From contig JBGUGD010000030.1 in NCBI GenBank assembly GCA_041697335.1, forward strand, positions 64,001 through 128,000: a stretch of 64,000 nucleotides of DNA, written 5' to 3'. The translations under genes and the position numbers were made by a program. The notes under the pieces were generated by a model, which did not search any database, was not told the DNA's origin, and was given only the letters and a program-made list of their open reading frames with translations. Source of the stretch: Vampirovibrionaceae bacterium NZW_1234 (GTDB lineage Bacteria > Cyanobacteriota > Vampirovibrionia > Vampirovibrionales > JAGQHJ01). Shown here one piece after another: positions 49,309-58,933 of the stretch. Position 1 is the stretch's first letter. Each line of letters starts with the position of its first letter.

Positions 49309-49593
49309 ATGTCCATTACCAGCCCTCGCTTTCACGGTGCCTTTACCTATATTCGGACCTTTTCCCGGGAGAAGCAGGAACCCCCGGTACCCCACGGCAT
49401 TGCCGAAGAAGATTTGGAGGCCCTTCGCCATGAGGTGGAAAAGGTCTATAAGCCGGTAAAAGTCAAAACCCATCCCCATCAAAACCCCACATTCCTCCTA
49501 ACCGTAGGCGATCCCCTGGAAGTGCACCAGGCCGATACCTTTATCAAAAATCGCTTGCAGCATCAGGGTGTTCATCTGCACTACGATGCCTGA
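49309..49593 (+). CDS. Small hypothetical protein (94 aa)
   Basis: AAGGAG SD, ATG 49309, begins MSITSPRFHG. Confidence 0.6.
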   Translation: MSITSPRFHGAFTYIRTFSREKQEPPVPHGIAEEDLEALRHEVEKVYKPVKVKTHPHQNPTFLLTVGDPLEVHQADTFIKNRLQHQGVHLHYDA

Positions 49594-49954
49594 CGAAAAC
49601 AGACTCACGTTATCAAGACGTTGATCCCTGGAGGCTGGATACGGGCTCTCCAGGGTTTTCTTCTGGAGTGCCAGAGGATGCTTTCAAATTTTCAGCACGG
49701 TTTTATCGCCAATTCAGGCAGGGGCTTTCTCCAACACTCATGTCCTCTCGAACTGGCGCGAGGTGCCATGGCATCGGTTCCACTTCAGTGACGGGTGTTC
49801 TCCCTCGATAGAGGCATAAAACCCGAAATGCCCAGGATTTTGTCTGATTTTTTTATTCAGGTTATCAGGGATTGCACCTGAAACGGCGTGGCGTGGTGCC
49901 ATGGTTCGGTCAAAACGCCCGGATAGCCGGGAGGTGTAGCGATGTTACGGAGGG

Positions 49955-51985
49955 TTACGATTTTTTGGGCTTGCCTTTATAGGCCGGGTCGGCTTTCATC
50001 AGCGCCTTCATGGCCAGCATCTGGTCGCGAAGCTGGGCGGCACGTTCAAAGTCCAGCATCTTGGCCGCATCTCGCATCTGAAGTTCAATTTCTTCAATGA
50101 GCAGGGGCAGCTTGTCCTCGCCGATTTCGGCAATCTCGTCTTTCAGCGCCTGGGTCGATTCTTCTTCGGCTTCCTGCATCAGGCCCACAATGTCCAGCAG
50201 ATTGTTGGTCATCTTTTTTTCGATGGTTCTCGGCGTAATGCCATGCATTTCGTTGTAGGCCATCTGCAATTCCCGGCGGCGGTTGGTTTCCTGAATGGCC
50301 TTTTGCATGGCCTGGGTCATGGTGTCGGCATAGAGAATGACCCGGCCGTTTGAGTTTCGGGCGGCCCGGCCAATGGTTTGAATCAAGCTGGCTTCGGAAC
50401 GGAGAAACCCTTCTTTGTCGGCATCCATAATGGCCACCAAGGTGACTTCGGGGAGATCCAGACCTTCTCTAAGCAGGTTGACCCCGATCAGGACGTCAAA
50501 CTCACCCAGGCGCAGGTCTCTAAGGATGCTGACCCGCTCCAGGGATTTGATATCGCTGTGCAGGTACTGCACCCGAATGTTGAGGTTCTTGAAATACTCG
50601 GTCAGATCTTCGGCCATGCGTTTGGTCAGGGTGGTGATGAGGACCCGCTCATCCCGGCTGACCCGGGCCCGGATTTCGGCCATCAGATCGTCCACCTGGT
50701 GGGCCGTGGGGCGTACCGAGATTTCAGGGTCCAAGAGCCCCGTGGGGCGGATGATCTGCTCGGCAATCTGCTGGGACTCGCCCACTTCAAATTTCCCCGG
50801 GGTGGCTGAAACATAGATCCGCTGCCCGACCCGCTGCCAGAACTCATCAATATTCAAGGGGCGGTTGTCCCGGGCACAGGGCAGGCGAAACCCGTAGTCC
50901 ACCAGGCTGTCCTTGCGGGACCGGTCGCCATGGTACATGCCGCGTAACTGGGGCAGGGTGACGTGAGACTCGTCGATGAACAGGAGAAAGTCCTTGGGGA
51001 AGTAGTCCAAGAGCGTCATCGGCGGTGTGCCGGGGGCCCGGTTCTCAAAAATTCGGGAATAGTTCTCGATGCCGTTGCAATAGCCCACTTCCCGAATCAT
51101 CTCGATGTCTCGCCACGTGCGCTGCTCCAGACGCTGGGCTTCTAGCTGCTTTCCGGCATAGCGTAATTCGGCAAGGCGCACCTCCAGTTCCTGCTGGATC
51201 TGAAAAATGGCCCGCGTCAGGTCATCGGTGGTGGCCACATAGTGAATGGCCGGATAAATAACGGCTTCCTCGCTGAACTCAATAATTTCCCCGGTCGAGG
51301 CATCCAGGACCGAAATGCGCTCCACGTCATCGCCGAAAAACTCGATGCGGATAACCCGTTCTTCATAGGCCGGTTGGATTTCCACGACATCGCCCCGGGC
51401 TCGAAAGCAGGAGCGCTGAAGATCCAGGTCCTGGCGAACGTATTGGATGCGCACCAATTGGCGAAGCAGCTCGTCCCGATCTAAGGTGTCCCCCACATGA
51501 AGGCGGATGGCTGCTTTAAAGTAGTTTTGGGGCAAGCCTAAGCCGTAAATACAACTGACACTCGCCACCACGACAACGTCCCGGCGTTCAAACAGGCTGC
51601 GAGTGGTACTGTGGCGAAGCCGGTCGATTTCATCGTTGATTTGGGCTTCTTTTTCAATATAAGTGTCGGTGCGGGCAATATAGGCTTCCGGCTGGTAATA
51701 GTCGTAGTAGCTGATGAAGTATTCCACCGCGTTTTCGGGGAAGAAGGCTTTTAGCTCGTTGTAGAGCTGCGCGGCCAGGGTCTTGTTATGGGCAATGACC
51801 AGCGTGGGGCGCTGGACCTGCTGAATGACGTTGGCCATGGTGAAGGTTTTTCCCGAACCCGTGACCCCTAGCAGGGTTTGGGTTTCCAGGCCCGTATTAA
51901 GGCCGTCGACCAGCTTGGTGATCGCCTGGGGTTGATCCCCGGACGGGGCGTACTCACAGATGAGTTGGAAGGGTTTGTCTTTCAT
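49955..51985 (-). CDS. uvrB: Excinuclease ABC subunit B
   Basis: [27 protein letters not shown]-terminal UVR domain. Confidence 0.98.
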   Translation of the reverse strand: MKDKPFQLICEYAPSGDQPQAITKLVDGLNTGLETQTLLGVTGSGKTFTMANVIQQVQRPTLVIAHNKTLAAQLYNELKAFFPENAVEYFISYYDYYQPEAYIARTDTYIEKEAQINDEIDRLRHSTTRSLFERRDVVVVASVSCIYGLGLPQNYFKAAIRLHVGDTLDRDELLRQLVRIQYVRQDLDLQRSCFRARGDVVEIQPAYEERVIRIEFFGDDVERISVLDASTGEIIEFSEEAVIYPAIHYVATTDDLTRAIFQIQQELEVRLAELRYAGKQLEAQRLEQRTWRDIEMIREVGYCNGIENYSRIFENRAPGTPPMTLLDYFPKDFLLFIDESHVTLPQLRGMYHGDRSRKDSLVDYGFRLPCARDNRPLNIDEFWQRVGQRIYVSATPGKFEVGESQQIAEQIIRPTGLLDPEISVRPTAHQVDDLMAEIRARVSRDERVLITTLTKRMAEDLTEYFKNLNIRVQYLHSDIKSLERVSILRDLRLGEFDVLIGVNLLREGLDLPEVTLVAIMDADKEGFLRSEASLIQTIGRAARNSNGRVILYADTMTQAMQKAIQETNRRRELQMAYNEMHGITPRTIEKKMTNNLLDIVGLMQEAEEESTQALKDEIAEIGEDKLPLLIEEIELQMRDAAKMLDFERAAQLRDQMLAMKALMKADPAYKGKPKKS

Positions 51986-52051
51986 AAACCTATCATGCGC
52001 CAGGTCAGAAGGGCTTTCAAGAGGCCGGGCGATGGGGCTTGAAAAGCAGGC

Positions 52052-53170
52052 TTAGCGGTTGCCCAGAATGTAGGTATTAATGTCGTTCCAGAGGATAAAG
52101 CACATCAGCCCCATCAACACCACAAAGCTGAACTGGACCACCTTCTCCTGAAGCTCTTTCTTCAAGGGGTGGCCCTGGAGCTTTTCAATGGCCATAAACA
52201 ACAGGTGTCCCCCATCCAGCATGGGGACAGGCAGGATGTTCATAATGGCGAGAATCACGCTGATGAGGGCCGTAATCACCAGGCCTTCAGGAAGCCCGAA
52301 GATCTGAATCATCTGGCCGCCTTGCTTGATAATGCCCACGGGGCCCGAGACTTCTTTGCTGCTGCGTTTGCCGGTAAAAATTTCACCCATGGCCTGGAAG
52401 TTCATCACCATTTTTTCCTGCAAGAACGTGTAGGCCTTAATCAACGGCTCGACCGGAGACGTGACGGGTTCGTACTTGTGAAACAGGGACAGGGCAATAT
52501 CGATTTTTCCTTCGGCGTTAGGCGTGACGTTGACGACCTTTTGCTCGTTGCCGCGCTCGATGGTCAGCGGGACGGATTTGGTTTTGTTGACCTGGAGGTA
52601 GTTGATCAAGGTTTCGGGTTGCTTGATTTCTTCGTCCCCGGCTTTCAAGAAGGTGTCCCCCACCATTAGACCGGCCTGGGCCGCAGGAGACTGGGGTGAC
52701 AGGACTTCTTTGATGTTGACGAAGTAATTGCCGGGATAGCCCCAGACGCTAATGACCAGGACCATCAGGAGGTAGCCCATAATGAAGTTGACCGCAACCC
52801 CGGCTACGGCGATGGCCGCCCGAGCCCGGACCGGCTTGTTTTCAAAACGCCGGGGGGAGTCCGGGGGCACGTCGGAGTCCGGGTTGTCATCGGGAAAGGA
52901 GACGTAGCCGCCCAAGAGAACCGGGTGCAGGCACAACTTGGTTTCGCCCACCTGTTTTTCCAGGAGCGTGGGGCCAATGGGCAGACCAAAGCCAAAGCGC
53001 TCGACTTTGACGCCGACCTTCTTGGCCACAAAGAAGTGTCCCAACTCGTGTGCCACAATCAAGACGCTGATCAGGCCCATCATCAGCAGGTAGCTGCTAA
53101 ATTGGGGAATGGCAAAAAATCCCCACACCGTCAGGCCGACAAGAATCAGGATGGACAACACTTGTTTCAT
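52052..53170 (-). CDS. rseP: RIP metalloprotease RseP (M50, PDZ domain)
   Basis: HELGH, GGYV, PDZ (SPAAQAGL..GD), NILP.P.LDGGH. Confidence 0.93.
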   Translation of the reverse strand: MKQVLSILILVGLTVWGFFAIPQFSSYLLMMGLISVLIVAHELGHFFVAKKVGVKVERFGFGLPIGPTLLEKQVGETKLCLHPVLLGGYVSFPDDNPDSDVPPDSPRRFENKPVRARAAIAVAGVAVNFIMGYLLMVLVISVWGYPGNYFVNIKEVLSPQSPAAQAGLMVGDTFLKAGDEEIKQPETLINYLQVNKTKSVPLTIERGNEQKVVNVTPNAEGKIDIALSLFHKYEPVTSPVEPLIKAYTFLQEKMVMNFQAMGEIFTGKRSSKEVSGPVGIIKQGGQMIQIFGLPEGLVITALISVILAIMNILPVPMLDGGHLLFMAIEKLQGHPLKKELQEKVVQFSFVVLMGLMCFILWNDINTYILGNR

Positions 53171-53345
53171 GGTTCACAATTTCCCTTGTTTCGATTGGTC
53201 GTGCCCCCATTGTATCCTATCTGTCGAGGCTTGGGAAATCGCGCCCGAAGCCCTTGCGTAAGCGACCTTGCTGGGCTTTTAATGGGGGGGGATTTTTGGT
53301 ATAACCTGGGATAACCAAACCACACGTCACGTCGAAGGGAGACAT

Positions 53346-54674
53346 ATGGGTATGACCACCACTGAATGTCAAAAACACCGGGTGTACATTGAGGACATTG
53401 GCGAGCATCTGGATCAGGAAGTCTGCATCCAGGGGTGGCTCTATAACAAGCGCTCCAGTGGGAAGCTCCACTTTTTGCAAGTGCGTGACGGCACCAACAC
53501 CATTCAATGTGTCATGTTCAAGGGCGACTTTTCGGAAGAGGTCTTTAAGCTGGCCGATGCTGCCCCCCAGGAATCTTCCGTCCGGGTGACCGGCAAGGTG
53601 GTTAAGGATGAGCGCTCGCCCTTGGGCTATGAGCTTCAGGTGACCGGCTTTGAACTCTTACATGAGGCCCTGGAATACCCCATTACCCCCAAGGAACACG
53701 GCACGGCCTTTTTGATGGATCACCGCCATCTGTGGCTTCGCTCCTCGCGTCAACATGCCATTATGCGCATTCGCTCGGAAATTGTGAAAGCCGTTCGGGA
53801 TTACTTTGATGAGAACGGTTTTACCCTGGTGGATGCCCCGATTTTTACACCCAATGCCTGTGAAGGCACCTCCACCCTGTTTGAAACCGAGTACTTTGAG
53901 GAAACAGCCTACCTGACCCAAAGCGGGCAGCTGTACATGGAAGCCGCCGCCGCCGCCTTTGGCAAGGCCTACTGCTTTGGCCCCACGTTTCGGGCGGAAA
54001 AGTCCAAGACCCGGCGTCACTTGACCGAGTTCTGGATGGTGGAACCCGAGGTGGCCTTTAACGATCTGGAAGCCAATATCGATTTGGCCGAAGATTTTGT
54101 GGTCTATATCGTCTCCCGGGTCCTGGACAAGCGTCGCGAGGAGCTGAAAATTCTGGAGCGCGACATCAGCAAGCTGGAAAACATCAAAAAGCCCTTCCCC
54201 CGCATTACCTATGACGAGGCCATTCAAATCCTCCACGAAAAAGGCACCGAAGAGCAACGCGTGCCCTGGGGCGAAGACTTTGGTGGAGACGAAGAAACCG
54301 TGATATCCCAGCAATTCGATCGCCCGGTCTTCATCCATCGCTACCCGGTTGAGTGTAAGGCGTTTTATATGAAAGCCGATCCGGAAAACCCGAAACTGGC
54401 CCTGAACGTGGATATGATTGCCCCTGAAGGCTATGGCGAGGTCATTGGCGGGGGCCAGCGTGAAGATGATCATGAGGTTCTGTTGAAGAAGATTCAGGAA
54501 CACCAATTGCCCCTGGAGGCCTTTGACTGGTATCTGGATTTGCGCAAATACGGTTCTTTCCCTCACTCCGGCTTTGGGCTTGGGATTGAGCGTACGGTGG
54601 CCTGGATCTGCGGGCTTCATCACGTGCGTGAAACCATTCCGTTCCCGCGTCTGATGGGACGCCTCAGACCTTAG
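53346..54674 (+). CDS. asnS: Asparagine--tRNA ligase
   Basis: OB fold, [40 protein letters not shown]. Confidence 0.95.
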   Translation: MGMTTTECQKHRVYIEDIGEHLDQEVCIQGWLYNKRSSGKLHFLQVRDGTNTIQCVMFKGDFSEEVFKLADAAPQESSVRVTGKVVKDERSPLGYELQVTGFELLHEALEYPITPKEHGTAFLMDHRHLWLRSSRQHAIMRIRSEIVKAVRDYFDENGFTLVDAPIFTPNACEGTSTLFETEYFEETAYLTQSGQLYMEAAAAAFGKAYCFGPTFRAEKSKTRRHLTEFWMVEPEVAFNDLEANIDLAEDFVVYIVSRVLDKRREELKILERDISKLENIKKPFPRITYDEAIQILHEKGTEEQRVPWGEDFGGDEETVISQQFDRPVFIHRYPVECKAFYMKADPENPKLALNVDMIAPEGYGEVIGGGQREDDHEVLLKKIQEHQLPLEAFDWYLDLRKYGSFPHSGFGLGIERTVAWICGLHHVRETIPFPRLMGRLRP

Positions 54675-54774
54675 TCGTCTTGCTTTTTGGCCTTCTGAAG
54701 GCCGCGTCCTCCCGGCGTGGGAGTTGTCGCGGGCCGGGTTGAAGTCTGGGACGCGTGCAGCCGATACCGGGGGT

Positions 54775-55410
54775 ATGATGACTCGGATGCATGTCCTGAT
54801 TCTGGTAATGATGCTGAGCCTGGCCGGGCTGGGCATCATGGCCATGGCGGCCGTGGCGGCCCCTTTGACGGTCAGTCCCAATCCGGAGGCCGATAGCGAG
54901 ATCTCACCCCAGGACGAAGAAGGGGAGGAGCCGGATACCAAGCAGTATGCTCCCCCGCAAGGCATGACCCAGGCCGCTCTGTTTCGTCAGCTTCAACCCC
55001 AGGTCTATCCGCGCTATGAGAAGAAAATCGTCTCGATTCACAAGAGCCTCAAAAATGCCTCTGCCTATTTGGACAGCCTGAATGGGGAGATGCCCTCGCT
55101 CCAGCGTATCTGTGCCTTTGATGCCGATGTCTGGCTGGATTGGACCGATGTGGATCAGCGCTTGACCGAGAAAGAAAAAGCCTTTCGCTCCTATCAGCTC
55201 ATTCGAGAAGCCGTGCTGGAGCTTCATGGGTTGGCCCGGTATTGGGCCACGGCCGAAAAAATGAAGCGCGTCTACCGCGGGACCATTCAGGACGAGCAAC
55301 AGGATTTGGCCGTGATTCAAGGGCGCACCCAGCGCATCAAGGCGGCCCTGAAGGCGCTTCATGAATTCGATGTCCTGAAGCAGGATTTAAACGCCGAATT
55401 GCCGTATTAG
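54775..55410 (+). CDS. Hypothetical exported protein
   Basis: Hydrophobic signal peptide, acidic linker, helical domain. Confidence 0.7.
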   Translation: MMTRMHVLILVMMLSLAGLGIMAMAAVAAPLTVSPNPEADSEISPQDEEGEEPDTKQYAPPQGMTQAALFRQLQPQVYPRYEKKIVSIHKSLKNASAYLDSLNGEMPSLQRICAFDADVWLDWTDVDQRLTEKEKAFRSYQLIREAVLELHGLARYWATAEKMKRVYRGTIQDEQQDLAVIQGRTQRIKAALKALHEFDVLKQDLNAELPY

Positions 55411-55431
55411 ATGAAATCGGGCTCGCTGGGC

Positions 55432-56499
55432 TTAGAAGTTTCGCTGGGTGATGTATAGACTCAGCTGGTTCAGGGCGTCTTTGTAAGGGCTTTGCGGTAA
55501 AAACGCAATGGCGTCCCGGGCACGTTGGGTGTAATCATCGGCCAGGGCCTGGGTTTTATCCACAATGTTGACCTGGTTCAGCATGCTCAGCAGCGCTTCC
55601 TGAGTGGCATGCTGTTGGTCTTGCGACTCGGGCGGGTTGAACAGCGCTTCAATTAGCCCGATGAGTTTTTCCCGAGTGGTGGGATCCTGGGCATAGGCTT
55701 CGAGAGCCAATAAAACCGGCGCATTGAGGATGCCGTTTTTCAGATCATCCAGCACGGGTTTGCCCAATTGCTCGGCAGAGCTGGTGTAATCCAACAGGTC
55801 ATCGATAATCTGGAAGGCAATGCCGCAATATTCGCCGTATTGACGCAGACGCTGGATGTCAGCTTCGTCCAATTGGTTGAGAACCCCGGCCGATTCGCAG
55901 CATGCGGCAAACAAAGAGGCGGTTTTGCAGATGGATTTTTTGAAGTAGCTGTCCCAGGTGGTTTCCAGATCAAAGCTGGTGCGGATTTGCTCGACTTCGC
56001 CCTCGCACAGGTTGGCCAGAACGATGGCAAAGATTGAGACCAGGCGGCAGTTGTTGAGGCGCGACAGTTTCAAGCTGGCCTGGGCCAGAAGGTAATCCCC
56101 GCTTAAAATGGAAACTTTGTTGCCCCACAAGGAGCGAATGGTGGGCTTGCCCCGGCGCAGATCCGCGTCGTCCAGGACATCATCATGCAAGAGGGTGGCC
56201 ACATGGATGAGTTCGGCCACGGCCGCCGTTTCCACATGGGCTGGATCAATCTGGCCACTGGCCCCGGAGGCCATTAGGGTGAGCAGGGGGCGGAGCATTT
56301 TGCCCCGGGCCTGCATGGTATGGGCCACGGTTTGCGCCAACAGCTCTGTGTCGGGAGGGACAATCTGGGTAAGGCTCGCTTTGACCTCTAACAGCTCAGC
56401 CTCAAGCAAGGCATACATGCCCTGAATGTCGAGGCTTGGGGGTGCCACCGCTGCTGAGGGTGCTTTCGCCATCATAACCTGCGTTGTGTCCACCTTCAT
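55432..56499 (-). CDS. Polyprenyl diphosphate synthase
   Basis: GK.LRP, LLHDDVLD...RRG, GD.LL, KTA, FQIIDDLLD, GK...DD. Confidence 0.93.
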   Translation of the reverse strand: MKVDTTQVMMAKAPSAAVAPPSLDIQGMYALLEAELLEVKASLTQIVPPDTELLAQTVAHTMQARGKMLRPLLTLMASGASGQIDPAHVETAAVAELIHVATLLHDDVLDDADLRRGKPTIRSLWGNKVSILSGDYLLAQASLKLSRLNNCRLVSIFAIVLANLCEGEVEQIRTSFDLETTWDSYFKKSICKTASLFAACCESAGVLNQLDEADIQRLRQYGEYCGIAFQIIDDLLDYTSSAEQLGKPVLDDLKNGILNAPVLLALEAYAQDPTTREKLIGLIEALFNPPESQDQQHATQEALLSMLNQVNIVDKTQALADDYTQRARDAIAFLPQSPYKDALNQLSLYITQRNF

Positions 56500-56608
56500 C
56501 AAAATGCTCTCTTATTATCCTGAAGACAACGACCGTCGTCAAAAATCTTTTACATGACCCTGGTGACGACCTATGGCAAAATAGCCCTACTAAGGAGTCT
56601 CAGCTCGA

Positions 56609-58933
56609 ATGCACGCCCCTCAGCCCCCGTTGCAATCCCCGGTGTCTCTGTCGGTTCGGACCGGCGAGGTGCTCTGTCCTTCATTTTTTTGTGCCCGGTG
56701 GTTTTCTGAAACCCAACTGGGAGAAGCTCCTTTTGGCGTTGACGTGCAGGTGTCCGACGTTTCCAGCTGGATTTCCCGGACGTTGCCTCATGATTCGGGT
56801 TTGACCTCTCTGGGGGATCAAGGCCGTTTGCTCGTGGCCCGATGCCAGCCCGATGGGCCATGGGCCTCTCGGATGCTGGCGTTTTATGGGGCCTCTTTTT
56901 TGCCCCCCGCACTTCAGCCTTGTGCGGCTCACGTCAATGGGCGCCATCACGCATTTTCAGACCATGTAAATCGGTCCTTGCTCCAAGCGCCTGATGGAAC
57001 CCGAGCCTGGGTCGAGGCCCCGTCCGTATACGAGGCACAGCGCGTGTTATTGGCCCAACTGAAGGGCGTGTTGTCTCAAGGCGTTTCCCCGGAGGCGGTG
57101 TTGATTCTCTGTCCGGATGCGATGACTACTCGGGATTGGGGGAACCGGTTGACGTTAGAAGGTGTTCCGGTGTGGGGCTGGCCCTCGATGGAGGACTGGC
57201 AATGCTGTCTGGCCTTGGAACAATGGCTGATGATCTGCCATCGGATTCAGGAGCAGGGATGGACCACGCTGGAGGAGGTTCTCAACGATCCGGGGGTGCT
57301 TTCAACCGGGCGTGCCATAAACACAATGATGGGCCCCCTGGGGTTGTCCGAGCCCTTGGCCATGCTTGCTTTTCAAGGGGTTCTGTCGGGGCAGGGGCCT
57401 GGCGAGGTCTTGAAGATCAGTCTTGAGAACGGCCTGGGGCGTTCGTGGTCGGCGGCCATGAAAGGTTGTCTGTGGGCTTTATGGGCTGAGGTCTCACAGC
57501 CTCATACAGCAGGAACGGACGGGGTTTCAGGGTTTGCCCATGCCGCTCATCGACTTCAAGCTATGCAGCAGGCATGGCTCTTTCAGCCCAATAAGCCGGG
57601 TGTTCGCGTGGTGACTCTGGCAGAGGGGCTGGGCATTGTGTCCCCCTACCTCTTTCTGCCGCAGTTGGAGAACACGCTGATGGCGCTGGATGCGGATACA
57701 CACGTGTCCGATCCCTTTTCGCCGCAAGTTTCGCTGTGGCAGCAGATCGCGGTGTGCGGATCCGTGGTGGCCGGGCTGAGCGATGCCGGGCTGTCCTGGG
57801 AGATGGCATCGGCACTTCAGGCCCACTTGGCCTCGTGGGAACGCTTGCCGGTGTTGCCCCCTGAAGATGCCATGGCCCCGTTTGTGATGACCTATGATGC
57901 CGACTCGCCGTGGCTACAGGATGACGGTGAATGGCAGGCGAAAGACCCCGCTTTGGTCTTAGGCCCCAAGGAAGAGATTGCCCTATCGCCGTCGTCGGTG
58001 GAGACTTTTTTACGCTGTCCACGACAGTTTTTTTATCAGCATCTGCTGGCGCTTCGTGACCCGGCCCAAAGTCCCCAAGCGGCTTTGGGAACCTTGGTCC
58101 ATCGCCTGATGGAGTGTCTGAATCAACAACCCGAAACCGAGCGAACCTTTGCGTGGCTGATGACTCTGGTGGATCAGTTGTTTTCCGATCCGCCCGATGC
58201 GCATGCCCTTCGCCTGGCCGGGTTGATGCCTCCCGATTGGGAAGAGATTTCAGAGCTTACGGCTCTGGAGCGCTATCAGCTGCATCAGTATCTGCGGGCG
58301 GCGTTTCAGGATTTGGAGGCCCAGGGGTATTTTCGACACACGGCTCCGGTGGTGGCGGTGGAGAAGCCCTTATCCTTTGTGCAGCCGGATCTGTTACCCG
58401 GCTTGATGCTTCGGGGGCGTGCAGATGTGATTCGTCACAAGCCGATGGGAGGCCTGGAAATCCTGGATTACAAGACCACCCGGGCCAAGTATGCTTCCAG
58501 TAAGTATGAAACCAACATGCAGCCCTTATGGCATGCGCTGGACCCGGTGGATTGGGAAGCGCCCGAACGGGAGCGCCAGTTTGGCGGCCGGGAGTATCAG
58601 TTGCCCTTGTACTGGCTGATGGCCCAGGCCACACCCGAATATGAGGGTCAGGCCGTCGATGTCTCCATTCAGCTGGTTCGCGCACCCAAGCCCGGCAAAC
58701 CGGCCAGTGGCTGTGGGACATACACCCTGACCCATGGGGAACTCCAGGCGGGCAAGGCGCATCTTTTGGACATGCTTCGTCGGGGTGTGTTAGAGCCATT
58801 GAAGGTGGCGTCTCATTTTGAGCCCTTGGGCGATCCGGCAAGCCATTGTGCCTACTGTGCCTATACTCATCTGTGTGAAGGGCCTCAAGGGCAGCAAGAG
58901 GAGGATGAGGATGGAGGTTTTGGGGACGAATGA
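56609..58933 (+). CDS. AdnA/AddB-like protein: degenerate helicase-like N-terminus plus PD-(D/E)xK nuclease with four Cys
   Basis: SPSS...F.RCP, GT.VH, GRAD, LDYKT, QL..Y, CAYCAYTHLC. Confidence 0.8.
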   Translation: MHAPQPPLQSPVSLSVRTGEVLCPSFFCARWFSETQLGEAPFGVDVQVSDVSSWISRTLPHDSGLTSLGDQGRLLVARCQPDGPWASRMLAFYGASFLPPALQPCAAHVNGRHHAFSDHVNRSLLQAPDGTRAWVEAPSVYEAQRVLLAQLKGVLSQGVSPEAVLILCPDAMTTRDWGNRLTLEGVPVWGWPSMEDWQCCLALEQWLMICHRIQEQGWTTLEEVLNDPGVLSTGRAINTMMGPLGLSEPLAMLAFQGVLSGQGPGEVLKISLENGLGRSWSAAMKGCLWALWAEVSQPHTAGTDGVSGFAHAAHRLQAMQQAWLFQPNKPGVRVVTLAEGLGIVSPYLFLPQLENTLMALDADTHVSDPFSPQVSLWQQIAVCGSVVAGLSDAGLSWEMASALQAHLASWERLPVLPPEDAMAPFVMTYDADSPWLQDDGEWQAKDPALVLGPKEEIALSPSSVETFLRCPRQFFYQHLLALRDPAQSPQAALGTLVHRLMECLNQQPETERTFAWLMTLVDQLFSDPPDAHALRLAGLMPPDWEEISELTALERYQLHQYLRAAFQDLEAQGYFRHTAPVVAVEKPLSFVQPDLLPGLMLRGRADVIRHKPMGGLEILDYKTTRAKYASSKYETNMQPLWHALDPVDWEAPERERQFGGREYQLPLYWLMAQATPEYEGQAVDVSIQLVRAPKPGKPASGCGTYTLTHGELQAGKAHLLDMLRRGVLEPLKVASHFEPLGDPASHCAYCAYTHLCEGPQGQQEEDEDGGFGDE

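Noticed and set aside
54740..54767. TGAAGTCT-N12-GCCGATAC as a sigma-28 promoter
   Set aside because: Spacer is one base too long and the site is only 7 nt from the likely start; not supportable.
53658..54965. 435-aa antisense ORF over asnS
   Set aside because: Overlaps a confident essential gene on the opposite strand; no motifs.
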